A stretch of DNA of 62,880 nucleotides, filler included, from Squatina squatina (lineage: Eukaryota), in assembly GCA_031763465.1 (NCBI GenBank). It is 4 parts of 4 records of this genome, joined end to end, with 100 filler letters (N's around TTAATTAATTAA, not from the genome) between each part and the next. Parts side by side here need not be neighbours in the genome. Positions count along the whole stretch, not along the records: positions 44,415 to 62,880 come from JARFOE010000115.1; 3 more parts are not named here. One strand, 5' to 3'. This document shows, piece after piece, positions 59,741 to 62,880 of the stretch. The translations under genes and the position numbers were made by a program. Numbering within the stretch: the stretch's first letter is position 1; each line of letters begins with the position of its first letter. Below the pieces are notes generated by a model. It had not been told where the DNA came from, ran no database searches, and saw only the letters and a list, made by a program, of their open reading frames with translations.

Positions 59741-62700
59741 TGGAAAATTTCCCACACAGACTCCTTTACAACAACCAGTATGTCATTCTGTGAAAACAGG
59801 AAGCATGATGAAAGTAGAATAAAGCCAAATAATCTTAGTGTTAAAGCTCTAAACTGCTCTGAGCCAACAGAGGTAAATTGCTTCGAATCATATGATGGCT
59901 CAGCTGAGAACTTCCAAAAGTTGCTCAACCTAGACAAGTAAATTCAAGTGGCAGCAATCTGGAGACTCAAACCTGCGACCTTCCGATTTCAAGCTTTCAA
60001 TCACTTGCACTACAAAAGGAAACTCATTGTGGTTCACCCTTTGAACACTTTCATCATTTGAGACATTTGGAATAATTTGTCTATATTTATTCCCTGTTCT
60101 GTTCACTCACTTAGGATTCCAAGATGTGCAGCTGCTCGAGGAGACTAATGATTGCAGACATTGTATAATCAAAACCCTTGGTATTAAATCTTTTGTCTGT
60201 GTCAATCACTGCAAATGAAATCTTAATGCAAAATTGTGTAAACCTGGAATATTCTTTAGCAGATGTAAGATTTCAAATATCTTTTGATTTTAAACAAATA
60301 AAATTGAAAATTAATTAGCCCCACCCCCAAGTTTATCTAAAGGGCAGCCAACTGCTAATTTTATACAGTAGGATCTTGAGTGAGAACTCTGATACTATTT
60401 TAATCAAAGCGCTTATGACAAGTCTACACAGTGAGGTATATTTGGAACAGATTGAGCTGCATCGTTACTGTAACCTCACCGCAACCCTGATTAAAAATTA
60501 TCGCACGCACTGCTCCTCGCTATGATATTCCACACTGCTCTGCCGCATCACTGAGGGAATATATTTATCCTTCAAAATAGCTATTGCAAATGACCATGGT
60601 CAAAATAAAGGTGCATATGTCTGAATATTTGTGTGGAGTCTACAAGTGAATAGAATCTACCAAAATATTTAATCATTCGGGATTTTAAAATGGTATTGGT
60701 TACAGTGCAAGTAGGCTGCTCAGAAACTTTTCTTGTAAGGTATGGGGCCATTAAACANNNNNNNNNNNNNNNNNNNNNNNNNNNNNNNNNNNNNNNNNNN
60801 NNNNNNNNNNNNNNNNNNNNNNNNNNNNNNNNNNNNNNNNNNNNNNNNNNNNNNNNNTTATGTAACACAAGAGTAGATGACAAAGCAACTGGGTCAGGAT
60901 TCACAATAGACTTGTGCATCTTTATTTAAAAAAAAAATAGGGAAAGGAGCATTAATTGGAAACATGGCTCTAGAGTTAAAGAAGTGGTCCTTTAGCTCAA
61001 ACTGTGGAACAGCAAGGAATTGAGCACACAACTGGGGAGTACATTACTGACTGTGAAACAATACAAAGGAAAAGCAGGAAAAAAATTAGACAAATTAAAA
61101 AAAGTACAAATCAGCCGATCATCTAGGTATGGATATGCCTATTTGCAACATCACAATCACATATGCACACGTGCACGCTTGACTGATCAAGCTAGGCTAT
61201 AAACATTCTGTGAGCAAAGAATGCATGATTAGAGATTCTCTGCTCAGGTTAATTACAAGATAATTAAATTGCATGGTTTAACTAACTTTATTTGGTGAAA
61301 AAATTTCAGCTAGCATAGAACAAAAATCAGAAACTGGATTTGTAAAATTTCCCTGAATTTAACAAGGCAACTCTTCACTTGAGAATACAGGAAAACACAC
61401 TAGTTTTGATACTATACAATGATCACCAGGGGGGGAAAAAAGAGCACAAGTACGAAGGCTTTTAGTGTGTAGTCTTTATTCCATATTAAGACAATGAAGC
61501 CGGAGTGAGGACACCAAGAAAGCCTGCAGGGTGGAAAGTAAGAGAAGGATAGTTGCAATACTATAGCAAAGTGAAAAGAGCTGTTACTACAAATAAATTG
61601 TATTGTTACATGTCAGAATGAGCATTAATCTACAGCTAACAGAATCATAGATTATTTTTATATGCAACGTAAACAATACCGAAACAGGCATTTACTTAAG
61701 AGTATAACAGAATACATACAATAAATGCATTTATTGGCCACGTAGCTAAACGCTGGATCTCAGAAAAACAAAATGTAGCCAGGTTTTTAAATTCAGAAGC
61801 ACTAACATTTGGTTATAAACAAAACATTAATTACTTTACATAGCAATTAGCTTACATTAAAGCATTTGATATGCCAATAGGCACACACACACTTCCCCCA
61901 CACACACTGCACCACTNNNNNNNNNNNNNNNNNNNNNNNNNNNNNNNNNNNNNNNNNNNNNNNNNNNNNNNNNNNNNNNNNNNNNNNNNNNNNNNNNNNN
62001 NNNNNNNNNNNNNNNNTTCCCCCACAAAAGTAGATTTTTTTAAAATCTCAAAGTGCACAAATGTATTTTTATTTGAGGGTTGAACATATATGCAAATAAT
62101 TGATTTCAGCTAAGCTGCAAAAATACTGCTCGACAGCACATTCAAATAACTTCAATGCAATATAAAGCACACTCTTAGAAATAAGTGACCAGGTATACTT
62201 CCATATAATATGGGTTCCCATGCCACAAGTCATAGTGCCCACAAAAACTGTACATTTTCTTTTAACACTTTTAAAAAAAAAAGTAATTAATATTCGGGAA
62301 AAAAAAAGTGTATCCAACAATCGGAACAGAAAGAGGCCAAAACCATTAATGTACTACATAGGTTAAGCGGCAGTTGCTATAACAAATGGACCTTTTTTAC
62401 CATCTTGATCAAAAATGGCCTTCCAAAAATGAAGCACATTAGAAAGATGATCCAGCTTTCAATTTCTTAAACTAAATATGAACAGTTTGCTACAAGCTTA
62501 AACACCATATAGAGTGAGCCATATATTTGCTGCTCAAATGTGTGGTGCAGTATTATTTAATTTTTTTTTTTAAGTCTTAAAAATTCAGAGCTTAGAACCT
62601 TCTCCACTAGGCTTTGGTTCCTCCTCTTAAAAAGAACGAAATAAATGTTCAGGCTTGCGTCTTCAGAATCGCTACAGTCTGTTCATCAGGTTGCCCAGAT

Positions 62701-62880
62701 GAAAAAATAAACCAAGGAATAAACAATGAGCCCAATATTTATATAGGTTTAGAAATCTTGCAAAGTGCTTTAGGATCCACTAAGGAAACTAGTCCACAGC
62801 ACACAAAAAAGGGATGAAAGCCATAAGACAACATTTTCTCCCCACCTACTGGCACTGAAAAAGACAGTATTCATTTGGAT

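Noticed and set aside
59945-60015. tRNA-like sequence on the minus strand (GGTCGCAGGTTTGAGTCTCC)
   Set aside because: No complete cloverleaf; at most a decayed SINE head.

Overview
Eukaryotic (vertebrate) DNA, most likely from a shark or another cartilaginous fish, judged from CR1/L2 LINE remnants, Deu-domain SacSINE1-like SINEs and Penelope-like ends recognised from memory. It is not a contiguous locus. Three artificial linkers (44N-TTAATTAATTAA-44N at 16943-17042, 30900-30999, 44315-44414) join four fragmented scaffolds, each full of placeholder 100-N gaps. Scaffold A (1-16942) carries three NELL2 exon pieces on the minus strand. Scaffold B (17043-30899) carries a SEMA3C exon, a ~3.2 kb 8-bp-period pyrimidine-rich array, a large MMP21-like exon with an unusual N-glycosylation-rich 11-aa repeat in the propeptide region, a 67-bp satellite, the first exon and promoter of a divergent neurofilament-light-like gene, and nested CR1 LINEs. 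Scaffolds C and D are repeat-rich non-coding DNA with no coding exon I can assign. I found no well-supported novel multi-gene system. The best leads are the repeat-expanded MMP21-like prodomain, PIF/Harbinger-like MITEs with visible 3-bp TSDs, a long satellite apparently seeded by a CR1 3' tail, and a satellite apparently derived from an LF-SINE-like element. Repeat boundaries are approximate, and family names come from recall rather than database searches.
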